From: a virus
Taxonomy: Duplodnaviria > Caudoviricetes
IMG/VR virus record: IMGVR_UViG_3300032086_001156
Span: 1,093 to 65,092 of that record
Length of the DNA stretch: 64,000 bases
Reading direction: 5' to 3' (one strand)
Both the position numbers and the translations under genes were made by a program. Positions 48,157-57,457 of this stretch are shown here, one piece after another (the first letter of the stretch is position 1; each line of letters begins with the position of its first letter). The notes beneath the pieces were generated by a model that had not been told where the DNA came from, did not search any database, and saw only the letters and a program-made list of their open reading frames with translations.

Positions 48157-48171
48157 TCAAGTGTGTTCTTC

Positions 48172-48447
48172 TTATTTTGCTGAAGAAATAGTTCTGATAA
48201 TGTCAGCTTTAGTTTTAGACTTGACAACTTTAATGTTGTTTTTGTCTGCAAACTCTACCAACTGTTGCTTAGTCATTGTTTTCAACTCTGCAACTTGTGG
48301 TACCACTTTCTTTGGTGCAACTTTCCTTTTTACAGGTGAAGGTGCAGAAACTGGTGCTACACTAGAACTGGAATCACTTTTATTTAAAGATTCGTATATT
48401 GCGTATCCTAAGACACCCAATACTACTGCTCCGATTAAATATTCCAT
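48172..48447 (-). CDS. membrane-anchored protein with Rho-N/HeH-like C-terminus
   Basis: N-terminal TM; LKTMTKQQLVEFA...KTKADII. Confidence 0.65.
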   Translation of the reverse strand: MEYLIGAVVLGVLGYAIYESLNKSDSSSSVAPVSAPSPVKRKVAPKKVVPQVAELKTMTKQQLVEFADKNNIKVVKSKTKADIIRTISSAK

Positions 48448-48472
48448 AATATACTCCTAACGTTAGTTATAT

Positions 48473-48679
48473 TTACTTATCCAATAATGGATTCTTATCT
48501 TTAGCTTTACCTACGGCAAGTGCTAAAATCTCTAAGTATTTATACACCTTTGCCCATACCTTATCATCGTGTGGGGTTGGTGTTAATGCTACGATTACTG
48601 AACATATTGAGATAACCACTGGGACTATCATCAACAAATTCCATATACCCATAACAAAATCTATTATACCTTGAAACAT
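48473..48679 (-). CDS. small membrane protein, holin-like
   Basis: TM helix then ALTPTPHDD...KVYKYLE.LAL. Confidence 0.5.
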   Translation of the reverse strand: MFQGIIDFVMGIWNLLMIVPVVISICSVIVALTPTPHDDKVWAKVYKYLEILALAVGKAKDKNPLLDK

Positions 48680-48687
48680 ATTTTCTC

Positions 48688-49104
48688 CTATTCTTTAGTG
48701 CCAATACTATATTTAGATGTAAGTTTCCACTCACTCTTTTGTTTGAACGGGATAATCTTTATCTGAGATATTGGAGTGATAGGTTCTTTAACCTTGTCCT
48801 TATCCAATATTGTTAAAAGTTTCCACTGCTCAAGAAGAGTTACAATACTGTTTCTTCTACCGATATCTGTTTCATCGATTGTACTAGGTTTTCCATCTAG
48901 TTTAAACAACTCTTTGAAGTGTACGATATAATACTTACCTCTTTTGTGTAATATATGACAGCTCTGAAAGAGTTCTTTTTCTCGCCGTGACGCTACACCT
49001 ATACGGGTAAGTGTTTCCCGTATCTTTAAAAAATCATCTTTTTCGGGGAAAGTAATCTCGACTAGATTCTGAATGTCTTCAAAACTATCCATTATTTGTA
49101 CCAC
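48688..49104 (-). CDS. regA: translational repressor RegA
   Basis: DDFLKIRETLTRIG, QSCHILHKRGKYYIVHFKELF. Confidence 0.96.
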   Translation of the reverse strand: MVQIMDSFEDIQNLVEITFPEKDDFLKIRETLTRIGVASRREKELFQSCHILHKRGKYYIVHFKELFKLDGKPSTIDETDIGRRNSIVTLLEQWKLLTILDKDKVKEPITPISQIKIIPFKQKSEWKLTSKYSIGTKE

Positions 49105-49492
49105 CTTTGTTCATTCTTTTCTTCAATTCTTTTATTTGTGAGTCAGTCAAAAGGTTTACGTATTCTTGTGCTTTTTGGTCATTACACTTATAGTATTCTT
49201 TGACTACCTCTATCTTTTTACTTATGTAGGGTTTACTCCATTTGGAGAACCTCTGTTTTCTACGTAAGGTATTTAGGAAAAAAGAGAACTGTAGACGGTT
49301 GTCTAGGTGGTGTGCAGTGTTCATCTCCTGTGCAAAATAGATTGCATCCCTGTGATACGACAGGGACTTGTTTGCAAGAAACGGTTGGTACTGTTTTTCG
49401 GATACATCATCTACTATCAAATCTTGTTTGGTAGATGATACTGCTTTTACAAAATCAAATGGATTGGTCTTCAAGGGATTCTCCTCTATCAT
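49085..49492 (-). CDS. gp62: clamp loader small subunit (gp62)
   Basis: YQPFLANKSLS, EMN, RRKQRFSKW; position between gp44 and regA. Confidence 0.92.
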   Translation of the reverse strand: MIEENPLKTNPFDFVKAVSSTKQDLIVDDVSEKQYQPFLANKSLSYHRDAIYFAQEMNTAHHLDNRLQFSFFLNTLRRKQRFSKWSKPYISKKIEVVKEYYKCNDQKAQEYVNLLTDSQIKELKKRMNKGGTNNG

Positions 49493-49757
49493 GTAGTAAT
49501 CTTTCTACATGGTAAATCAAATCATCTCCGACTCTTCCCTTGACCATAGTAATTTTTTTACCCTTTACATGTCTAACAATTCTACCGTCCATGTATTGGA
49601 TGTCGATAACACTCTTACCACCTTCGGTGTCTTCGGGTCTATCGTCATACCACATGGAGTTCAAACTGTGTGCATGAATATATTCAACTGTATTTTTTAA
49701 TTCTTCAGCTGCAAGTAATTGTCTTTGCCTTCTTACTTTATAGTCAAACTCTCCCAT
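49455..49757 (-). CDS. hypothetical protein inserted between gp44 and gp62
   Basis: ORF with SD AGGAG. Confidence 0.65.
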   Translation of the reverse strand: MGEFDYKVRRQRQLLAAEELKNTVEYIHAHSLNSMWYDDRPEDTEGGKSVIDIQYMDGRIVRHVKGKKITMVKGRVGDDLIYHVERLLHDRGESLEDQSI

Positions 49758-49759
49758 AG

Positions 49760-50704
49760 TTACTCCTTAAATTTACACTCAGTCATGAGTTCTGTCATAC
49801 ATGCAACAAAGTTAATCTCTGCATCTGCTGAGAAAGCATTCTTGTATTGATAGTCTGCAATTACTAACACTGCTGATGGTATTGATTCGGGTACTAATCG
49901 TTTCTCAAGTGCATCAAACACTTTACGGAATAACACTGAGAAGTCTTGATTTGAATTCTGTCCTACCCACTTTCTCATATCACCCCATCTCTTTTCTTTG
50001 AGACATGATACTAGTGGTGTTAATTTTTCATCTGCAAGTGTAGACAATACTCCACTGTCAATTACACCTGCGACACTATATCTTTGTAGTTCATTCAACA
50101 CTCTTCGGAAATCGGGGAAGAACTTGAATATCAATTCTGCAATTACTGGTGGTTCGAATTTAATTTGTTCGTCACCTAGTATATTCTCCACACGTTTCAT
50201 GAACTGTGATGCAAGGTTTGGTTTATCATCGTTTGTAATCTTGAAATCGATGTTGACACATCTAGAGTGTAGAGGTGCAATGATTCGGTTTTTGTAATTA
50301 CAAGTGAAGATGAATCTACAGTTGTTAGAAAATTCTTCGATAAAGTTTCGAAGAGCGGGTTGAACAGAATCTGCATTGATGTAGTCTGCTTCGTCCAGTA
50401 TTACTACCTTTGGGGAATTAGATAAAGATACTGTTGATGCAAAGTTCTTGATTTTAACTCGTAATGTTTCGATAAGTCTTCCCTCATCTGAACCATTTAT
50501 AACGATAAAATCTGCACCTAGTTCATTACATAAAGCTTTTGCAACTGTTGTCTTACCAACTCCTGCTGTTCCACTCAATAAGAGATTAGGTATCTCATTC
50601 TGTCCAACGAACTCTTGGAAACTTTTCTTGATTGGTTCGGGTAAAATACAATCTTCAATTGTCTGAGGTCTGTATTTTTCAACCCATAAAAATTCTTGTT
50701 TCAT
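49760..50704 (-). CDS. gp44: clamp loader large subunit (gp44)
   Basis: LWVEKYRP, GTAGVGKT, DEAD, SRC. Confidence 0.97.
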   Translation of the reverse strand: MKQEFLWVEKYRPQTIEDCILPEPIKKSFQEFVGQNEIPNLLLSGTAGVGKTTVAKALCNELGADFIVINGSDEGRLIETLRVKIKNFASTVSLSNSPKVVILDEADYINADSVQPALRNFIEEFSNNCRFIFTCNYKNRIIAPLHSRCVNIDFKITNDDKPNLASQFMKRVENILGDEQIKFEPPVIAELIFKFFPDFRRVLNELQRYSVAGVIDSGVLSTLADEKLTPLVSCLKEKRWGDMRKWVGQNSNQDFSVLFRKVFDALEKRLVPESIPSAVLVIADYQYKNAFSADAEINFVACMTELMTECKFKE

Positions 50705-50836
50705 AATAGATGTAAACTCCCCTCCGAATTTACTGTGTCACTCACCCTAGAGGTTTGATGAGATAGAGCGACTCCCGTGTGTATTACAGAGACTGGCATA
50801 ACACTCACACTTATTCTCTTCCTTAAACTATTTATA

Positions 50837-51502
50837 TTAAATGTCATATTTTGAATCAGGTTCTAATGCAATAAAGTATTCAAGGTCAATATCTTTGTTA
50901 CTAAAGTGTGATACACCTTTAGATGATACTGCTACATCATAGTTACCTTGTAAAACTTTTAGGTTTTCAATTTTGAAATACATTTCAAATTTCTTACCAT
51001 TGCCTTGACCCACGATTCTAGAGAATGCATTCGATGTTGTATTCTTCTTGTCTCTCACTGTAAGTGTAAGATTAGTTCCATCAGATTCTAGAATCAAATC
51101 TGTTACACCTAATACACTTGCAGCTTTCTGTAAGTCTGATAATAAGTCTGCAGTGATACTGAAATTAATTTCAGTCTCAGGCATGGTCACCATCTTGTCG
51201 GGTGTAATAACCATCCCGTCACTTGCATAGAAATAAGACATGGATGAGTCTGAATCAGACACACTCAAATTTGTCTCATTGAATTCATAGTCGGGGTCTT
51301 CCAACAAGGAAGTTGCACCCAAGAATTCTTGTAGGTTATAGATAGAAAACCCTTGTGGGAACTCTTCACTTACCGATGCTCTTGCAAGAACATTCTTCAT
51401 TGCAGAGATTGTTTTAATCTCATTACCTTCTGTTACTTTGATACCACTATTAATGGTGGCAAAGTTTTTGAGTATATCTTTGGTTTGATTAGATAACTTC
51501 AT
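50837..51502 (-). CDS. gp45: sliding clamp (gp45)
   Basis: MKLS..T..ILKNFATIN, ENLK...GNYDV, YFIALE. Confidence 0.95.
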   Translation of the reverse strand: MKLSNQTKDILKNFATINSGIKVTEGNEIKTISAMKNVLARASVSEEFPQGFSIYNLQEFLGATSLLEDPDYEFNETNLSVSDSDSSMSYFYASDGMVITPDKMVTMPETEINFSITADLLSDLQKAASVLGVTDLILESDGTNLTLTVRDKKNTTSNAFSRIVGQGNGKKFEMYFKIENLKVLQGNYDVAVSSKGVSHFSNKDIDLEYFIALEPDSKYDI

Positions 51503-51809
51503 TTTTCACTTTCTCCATATTATTTTCACGGTCATGCACATGCAACATAAACAAAGCATAGTGCATAACCTTTAAGATATCTGCTCTGTTTTTTCCGTTT
51601 TTCTTACCGTATCTTTGTGCATACTTAAGTATGTTCCCGATACAAAAACCTTCACCATGACCACTGTCAATTATAAACTCAGTAGACTGATATTTGTTTA
51701 GACTGTAGTGTTGGTCGTATGTCTTGTCAATATAATGAGAGAACTCCTTCAAGAGTTCTCCCTCATTATACTTGTATTCTATGTCTGTTATTTTCATAGG
51801 TACTGACAT
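51489..51809 (-). CDS. DUF3310-like conserved phage protein
   Basis: YKYNE, TY.QHY, GFCIGNILKYAQRYGKK; start approximate. Confidence 0.75.
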   Translation of the reverse strand: MSVPMKITDIEYKYNEGELLKEFSHYIDKTYDQHYSLNKYQSTEFIIDSGHGEGFCIGNILKYAQRYGKKNGKNRADILKVMHYALFMLHVHDRENNMEKVKNEVI

Positions 51810-51816
51810 TGTACTA

Positions 51817-53052
51817 TTAAAGCTCCTCTGAGTCAATAGGGTTTTCATAATCCCCATCATTTAAACTGACACCTTCGTCAACCTTAGTGTAGAGGTCGAG
51901 GAAACTACTTCTAGTTTCTTCATCAAACCTTGAGATACATAGTTCGATTGACTTCATTCTGTCACCAAACATTTTCCATGCATTGACAATGTGAACCAAC
52001 CTTCTTGTAGTAATGACATCATCGATTGCACCTTCATAGAAAGTCTTTCTGATAACTGATGCCCAGTCAACAAGTTTCTCAACGAACTCTTTATCAACTT
52101 CGTGACCACCGAGTTCCATTTCTTTCTCAACGATTTTTCTTTCAGTAACCAATGGTGGATATTCTTGTTGCATAGTAATTGCAAACCTTTCCAACATTGC
52201 TTCATTCATCAACTGTGTCCCGATGAATTTACCATCGTCTGACCCTTGACCTTTAGTGTTTGCAGTTGCAAGTATTGTGAAACCTTCTTTAGGTTGGACA
52301 TACTCACCAGTCTTCTTGACAAGGTATCCTTTACCTTCTAGAACAGACTGTAGACACATCAACTTGTTAGAACCCAAGTCAACTTCATCAAGAAGAAGGA
52401 CTGCTCCTTTTCTCATTGCTTTGAGGACAGGGCCTTCTCTAAACATTAAGTCCCCACCTTTGAGAGTGTGTCCACCCATCAAATCATCCTCATCAGTCTC
52501 GATGGTGACGTTGACTCTGTAACACTCTCTCTTCAGTTGAGCACAAACTTGTTCAATCATCAAAGTCTTCCCGTTACCACTAAGACCAGTGACAAAGACA
52601 GGGAAGAAGATTTTAGACTTGATGATGTTCTTGACATCTTTGAAATGTCCAAAAGGAACATAGTTGCTCATCTTCTCGGGGATAACTTTTACACTGTCTT
52701 CAATGATATTCATTGAAGCTGCTTCAGTTGCAACTGCAACTGGGGAATTGAAACCCACATTGGTCTGACTAGGTTTAGTCATTTTGACTGTGGACACTGG
52801 AATAGAAGTTCCTGTGTAACCACCAACAACTGCTTGTAAATTAAAGACACCATTGTCTTTGAAATTGTATCTTGCAGACTTGACCCAGTAAGGTACATGT
52901 CCAAGATTCTTCAAATCCTCTGCAGTGAAAGAGGTTTGGTTGGGATATGTCCCAGTAAGGGTTGCTAAGAACTCCTTCCTATCGGGGGTGAAATGAAACA
53001 TCTTCCCATTGATGTCAATCGACTCATTTCTATCGTAACTTCTTTTATCCAT
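51817..53052 (-). CDS. CobS/MoxR-like AAA+ ATPase
   Basis: GLSGNGKT, LLLDEVD, ATANTKG, ERF, TRRL; start trimmed to MDKRSY (SD AGGAG). Confidence 0.9.
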   Translation of the reverse strand: MDKRSYDRNESIDINGKMFHFTPDRKEFLATLTGTYPNQTSFTAEDLKNLGHVPYWVKSARYNFKDNGVFNLQAVVGGYTGTSIPVSTVKMTKPSQTNVGFNSPVAVATEAASMNIIEDSVKVIPEKMSNYVPFGHFKDVKNIIKSKIFFPVFVTGLSGNGKTLMIEQVCAQLKRECYRVNVTIETDEDDLMGGHTLKGGDLMFREGPVLKAMRKGAVLLLDEVDLGSNKLMCLQSVLEGKGYLVKKTGEYVQPKEGFTILATANTKGQGSDDGKFIGTQLMNEAMLERFAITMQQEYPPLVTERKIVEKEMELGGHEVDKEFVEKLVDWASVIRKTFYEGAIDDVITTRRLVHIVNAWKMFGDRMKSIELCISRFDEETRSSFLDLYTKVDEGVSLNDGDYENPIDSEEL

Positions 53053-53087
53053 AATATAGTCTCCTTTGGTTTTTCTCATCAGTTATT

Positions 53088-53117
53088 AGTATACAAAAAA
53101 GTGTGACCCATTGTCAA
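53088..53117 (-). promoter_or_regulatory. repeated sigma70-like early promoter
   Basis: TTGACAATGGGTCACACTTTTTTGTATACT. Confidence 0.8.
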
Positions 53118-53119
53118 CC

Positions 53120-53350
53120 CTATTTTACAGGTTTCATCAATCTTTCTAGTTTATCTTCTTTGAACTTTCCAGTGTTCACCCAAATCCTGAATGCAAAACA
53201 TTCGATAGCTTTGGTTGCACAGTCATTTACTTTTTTACACTTGAATTTCTCACAGGGAGATGGCCCCACGTTTTGAATTGCATCTGCAAAACTACTCGTG
53301 GGTGTTGAAGTGTAATACACTGGTGTTAAATCTATTGTGTTAATTCTCAT
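53120..53350 (-). CDS. small Cys-rich protein
   Basis: PCEKFKC....DC......CFAF. Confidence 0.6.
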   Translation of the reverse strand: MRINTIDLTPVYYTSTPTSSFADAIQNVGPSPCEKFKCKKVNDCATKAIECFAFRIWVNTGKFKEDKLERLMKPVK

Positions 53351-55689
53351 GCTATCTCCTGTATAAATTGATTCATTAAGTATCTAGAAGTCGACTTGTT
53401 CATTTGATTTCTCTTGAATGCAGTTGTCAATTTTGCTCTTGACTCACCGACTAATTCATCTGAGAGTTCATCATCCCCAGCAACTTCTAAAACTTTTGAT
53501 TGTGCAACGAACAGTTTACCATATCCGTGACATGGGATAACCGAACCTTGCTTCTTGATTTCTTTCCACTCTCTATCACTTTGTGAGTATGAGAAGTAAC
53601 CATCACTAATGCAACCTTTAAGGTTGTTGTATTCTTGTTTCTTACCTAGTATGAAGTAACCGTTGACGTTGACACTTGTCTCTGATTTCATCCACTCGAT
53701 TAGGTTACAAGTTCTCATGAAACCATTGTCACTACAATCATACTTGTAGGTTTTCTTTGAAACTTTATCAGTGATGTATCTGTCATTTCCATATCTTCCA
53801 CCTTCACCCCAGTCGAAGTGGTCATACTGGTGAGAGTAACCGTCTGTAATGAATGTTGCATTCATCAGGTCGACACCCCATGCTTTTTGTAACTTAGGAA
53901 GTGTATACCTTGCCCATACAATACTTGCATCAAGAGGTGTTCCACCTAGTCCAAGTCTTCTTGGAGTCCACCAGTCTAAGTTTTTTAGACCCAAGTCACT
54001 TCCGTATTGGTCATAGTTTTCGAAACCATCGTGGTCAATCTCAAACCAATCAACAAGTTCATTATATTTTTTCTGAGTCAACCATCCATATGCATCACCA
54101 GCTTTCTTTGCATTGAAAATTGCTCCGAAAACTTTACCTGCTTTGAGGAATTGTGATTTGGACATGTCACTTGAGAACCATTCTAGAAGTCTGATTGCAT
54201 CAGTTCTATATGCATACTCATTTGGTTCTACATTATCATCACCGTAAACATCAGAGAATGATAAAATCTTGAATGGGATGTTAACTTTTTTACAGAACAT
54301 CATTAGAATGAATGCTTGTTCTAGTAAGTCACATAGTGTATCTGCAATTGAACCACTGTGGTCAATGAAGACAACAAGACCGTGATTCTTACCTTGTGGT
54401 AAGTAAGTCATTCTCTTGAAGATGTCTTCTGAAATTTGATACTTGGAAAGTTTTGTTAGGTCAATCCTTCCAGTCTTAGAAGACATTGCTCTCTTAGAAA
54501 GATATGCAGACTTCTTCATCTCAAATTCTTTTGCCATGTGATTGACAATCTTTTTGTTCTTTGCTTCTAACTTTTTGAAAGAATGATTTGCAAAATTCCA
54601 GTAAGAGTCAGCTTCTGTTTTGTCTTCTTTGTTCTTTAGATTTTCTTTTAATGAATACTCAATAATCTCTTCCATTTCATCAACAGTGACGACTGCATTC
54701 TTTAGGAAGTACTGTAATTTTTCATCAGTCTTGACATCCATGTTTGCATAGATTCTTTCCTTAACTCTCCAATCATCGTTATCAACTTGGAAGTTTTGTT
54801 CGTTGTTGTGTGCATTTCTTTCAGTGATAGACTTCCTTGCTTGAGGTTTTGCTTTACCACCCTCAGTACCACCGTCTGCATCCTCAAATAGAGGTGTCTG
54901 TTGTTCGTTACCCATGTCTGATACATCGGGTAGGGTATCTTCTGAAGTCTCTTCAGTGGACTCTCCGTTCCCTGTAGAGGGGTTATCTGACTCACTCTCT
55001 TCTTCTACTTCATCACCGTCTCCACCAGTACTTGACCCAGTGTTTTCGTATTCTCCATCTTCATCTTCTTCGAAATCAAAATCAGTTAAGTCTGTAACAG
55101 AAACGACTTCTTCTTCATCACCCTTCTCATTTTCTGCTGACCAGTCGTATAATTCTTGTGCAATCTCTACAACCTCTTCAAAGGTTTTTGCATTGAAAGA
55201 CCTGTCATAAAAATCCTGTTCTATCTCATTAAGTGTAACACCTGAAGTGACACCTACTTTAGAGTAGAGATTGATTCTATCGATTGCAGATAGGTCTTCT
55301 AAATTCTTACCTGAAATACCAAAGAAATCTCTCTTCATCAACTCATCGTATGCTTTGAAGAATGACTTTCTTAAGCCAGGGAATTTGTTCTTAATCATCT
55401 TCTCAATTCTGATATCCTCAATCACATTGAGATAGTCCTTAAGAACTCTGTTGTCAATAAGTGTAGAGTGTAAACCCTCATATGGAGTGTGTAGTGCATG
55501 AGACACTTCGTGACCCATGAACAAGTCATACAACTCTGCAGACATATCCTCTTTGAATATTGGACAAGTAAGTACCCTGTTCTTAACATCGAATGATGCA
55601 GTAGATACTTTCTTATGTTGGATTGATAGATTCTCTGATGCCATTAGTTTTGCAAGAGAGTCTTTTTGGTTTCTTAGTAAATTTGTCAT
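53347..55689 (-). CDS. CobT-like protein: HExxH peptidase-like domain, acidic linker, vWA domain
   Basis: GHEVSHAL, D/E-rich linker, DHSGS MIDAS, GGTPL, ITDG; start trimmed to MTNLL. Confidence 0.85.
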   Translation of the reverse strand: MTNLLRNQKDSLAKLMASENLSIQHKKVSTASFDVKNRVLTCPIFKEDMSAELYDLFMGHEVSHALHTPYEGLHSTLIDNRVLKDYLNVIEDIRIEKMIKNKFPGLRKSFFKAYDELMKRDFFGISGKNLEDLSAIDRINLYSKVGVTSGVTLNEIEQDFYDRSFNAKTFEEVVEIAQELYDWSAENEKGDEEEVVSVTDLTDFDFEEDEDGEYENTGSSTGGDGDEVEEESESDNPSTGNGESTEETSEDTLPDVSDMGNEQQTPLFEDADGGTEGGKAKPQARKSITERNAHNNEQNFQVDNDDWRVKERIYANMDVKTDEKLQYFLKNAVVTVDEMEEIIEYSLKENLKNKEDKTEADSYWNFANHSFKKLEAKNKKIVNHMAKEFEMKKSAYLSKRAMSSKTGRIDLTKLSKYQISEDIFKRMTYLPQGKNHGLVVFIDHSGSIADTLCDLLEQAFILMMFCKKVNIPFKILSFSDVYGDDNVEPNEYAYRTDAIRLLEWFSSDMSKSQFLKAGKVFGAIFNAKKAGDAYGWLTQKKYNELVDWFEIDHDGFENYDQYGSDLGLKNLDWWTPRRLGLGGTPLDASIVWARYTLPKLQKAWGVDLMNATFITDGYSHQYDHFDWGEGGRYGNDRYITDKVSKKTYKYDCSDNGFMRTCNLIEWMKSETSVNVNGYFILGKKQEYNNLKGCISDGYFSYSQSDREWKEIKKQGSVIPCHGYGKLFVAQSKVLEVAGDDELSDELVGESRAKLTTAFKRNQMNKSTSRYLMNQFIQEIA

Positions 55690-55695
55690 GTTTAT

Positions 55696-55725
55696 AGTAT
55701 ACAAAAAAGTGAGACCCATTGTCAA
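55696..55725 (-). promoter_or_regulatory. repeated sigma70-like early promoter
   Basis: TTGACAATGGGTCTCACTTTTTTGTATACT, identical to the copy at 56444. Confidence 0.8.
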
Positions 55726-55904
55726 CTTTTGATTTGTATAAATTTCCTCCTTGATTTAGAGAACTGTTTCATTGGGGACTTGAAGATGATTTCTTCTTTA
55801 GTTCCAGTCTTAATGTAACCTACAAGTTCAGTCTTCTCATTTACTATGTAAGTGTGATTAGGGATATCAGTATCCCATTCTGTAATCTCTTTAAGATACT
55901 TCAT
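55722..55904 (-). CDS. small hypothetical protein
   Basis: MKYLKEITEW...PNHTY...FSKSRRKF; start trimmed. Confidence 0.65.
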   Translation of the reverse strand: MKYLKEITEWDTDIPNHTYIVNEKTELVGYIKTGTKEEIIFKSPMKQFSKSRRKFIQIKS

Positions 55905-56224
55905 TAAGCTACCTCTGACATTAACATAGTGTATGGTTCGTAACACCCACTGACACCAATTGCAGAGTTATCACAACCTCTTCCGTCCATCCATATCTCC
56001 AACTCAATGTTTGCAAATGAATTAACTGGAAGGAATATTTTGTCAAAAGTAGTATCCATATTAGTCTCATAGATATCTTTATAGTTAGTCCTACTAATAG
56101 GTTTAACTACTAAGTGGTCATTGTTAACCTCGTAAACAATTGCAGTATACTCGACACCGTGAATTTTGAACTTACAGGTGTCAAGACCAACCTCTATATA
56201 ATTATCAAATAACATTATTGACAT
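55904..56224 (-). CDS. hypothetical protein
   Basis: ORF in the early cassette. Confidence 0.6.
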   Translation of the reverse strand: MSIMLFDNYIEVGLDTCKFKIHGVEYTAIVYEVNNDHLVVKPISRTNYKDIYETNMDTTFDKIFLPVNSFANIELEIWMDGRGCDNSAIGVSGCYEPYTMLMSEVA

Positions 56225-56415
56225 GCCTCCTCGAATCTTAACTCGACTAATGCATTGACAAACCCCTTGACTCCACCATTAGGACTAGGTACTTTGGCAA
56301 TTCCAAATTCTTTTTCTATAGCGAAGATGACATCCCAAACGTCACCCTTATTGACTAACTCAAGAACATCCTCAAGGATGTTTTCTTTGATTACTTCATT
56401 CACTTCACAACTCAT
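56215..56415 (-). CDS. hypothetical protein
   Basis: SD AGGAG directly after an early promoter. Confidence 0.65.
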   Translation of the reverse strand: MSCEVNEVIKENILEDVLELVNKGDVWDVIFAIEKEFGIAKVPSPNGGVKGFVNALVELRFEEACQ

Positions 56416-56443
56416 ATTTTCTCCTTTTCTTTATTACTCTTAT

Positions 56444-56473
56444 AGTATACAAAAAAGTGAGACCCATTGTCAA
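56444..56473 (-). promoter_or_regulatory. repeated sigma70-like early promoter
   Basis: TTGACAATGGGTCTCACTTTTTTGTATACT. Confidence 0.8.
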
Positions 56474-56479
56474 GTTTTA

Positions 56480-56773
56480 GTTGTGTCTGAGACTGTTCAA
56501 TGTCTAGGGTATTGCACCCTATTCTTTACACCGTGTCCTTCTAGTCAGGCCTTACCTGAATTTTATCAAGGTGGGTAGGTAACCACCATAAGAAGAGTCG
56601 TTTACCGTGAAATCCCCGAACCGACACTGTTCTTTCATCCACTTCTCTGTTCGTTCCTAGTCCATACCTCACAGTCATATATCACGTCTTAATTGATTTT
56701 AAAACAGTATGGGGAACTTCTCTATACGCACCAACCTCTCACAACCAACTAATGTGCGTCTCGTTCTTCCGAT
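56480..56773 (-). ncRNA. candidate structured non-coding RNA (~290 nt)
   Basis: Own promoter (TTGACA-N18-TATAAT, 56780-56809), several nested stems, no SD-led ORF. Confidence 0.5.
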
Positions 56774-56805
56774 TTATTAATTATATATAAAAAGTGGGGT
56801 TATTG

Positions 56806-57243
56806 TCAAGTACCTGAGACCCAAAAAGTTTCATACACCCAATCTTCTTTTCGGTATGCTTCTCGTTCCCATGGGGTTCTAGAGTATGGAACACCGTTAT
56901 AATCTTTGGTCTTCCATTTAAAGTTTGTAGGACTGAGTTGTCCTAACAGGAATTGTTTTGCATGTATCAACTCATGTGCAAGATTTAACATAATATAGTC
57001 TAGGTCAAATGTCTCATCACCTGACCCTCTTGCAAGTTCTATATCAATATGATTTTTATTTCCACTACAGAAACCATAACACTCATTGTCTAATCTGTTG
57101 TGAATGTAGATATCCACATTGACTACCCTTCTCATTCGAGGACAATAATGATGTATTACATTCTTAATGTATTTCTCAATACGAGATTTTTGTGCAATTC
57201 TGCCGTGAAAATCAATCAATATGTTCTTCTTAAAGTCATGCAT
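56806..57243 (-). CDS. HExxH metallopeptidase-like protein
   Basis: LAHELIHAKQ...PWEREAY. Confidence 0.7.
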   Translation of the reverse strand: MHDFKKNILIDFHGRIAQKSRIEKYIKNVIHHYCPRMRRVVNVDIYIHNRLDNECYGFCSGNKNHIDIELARGSGDETFDLDYIMLNLAHELIHAKQFLLGQLSPTNFKWKTKDYNGVPYSRTPWEREAYRKEDWVYETFWVSGT

Positions 57244-57288
57244 AAGGTGTATAATAACAAAAAGTGAGACCTATAGTCAACACAAAAA

Positions 57289-57378
57289 TGGCGGAAGATG
57301 AAGGATTCGAACCTTCGATACCCGTAAAGGTATGCCAGTTTTCAAGACTGGTGCATTCAACCACTCTGCCAATCTTCC
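57289..57378 (-). tRNA. tRNA-Ser(TGA)
   Basis: GGAAGAT acceptor, anticodon loop CTTGAAA, long variable arm, GGTTCGAATCC, CCA. Confidence 0.95.
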
Positions 57379-57381
57379 ACG

Positions 57382-57457
57382 TGGTGGAGCTGAGAGGGTT
57401 CGAACCTCCGACCCCCTGCTTGCAAAGCAGGTGCTCTCCCAACTGAGCTACAGCCCC
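57382..57457 (-). tRNA. tRNA-Ala(TGC)
   Basis: GGGGCTG acceptor with G3:U70, anticodon loop TTTGCAA, CCA. Confidence 0.96.

Noticed and set aside
51817-55689. CobS/CobT as cobalamin biosynthesis genes
   Set aside because: This AAA+/vWA pair is common in marine T4-like phages and no other cob genes are present in the window.
57289-57378. Possible selenocysteine or opal-suppressor tRNA
   Set aside because: The anticodon is TGA (reads UCA, Ser), not TCA.
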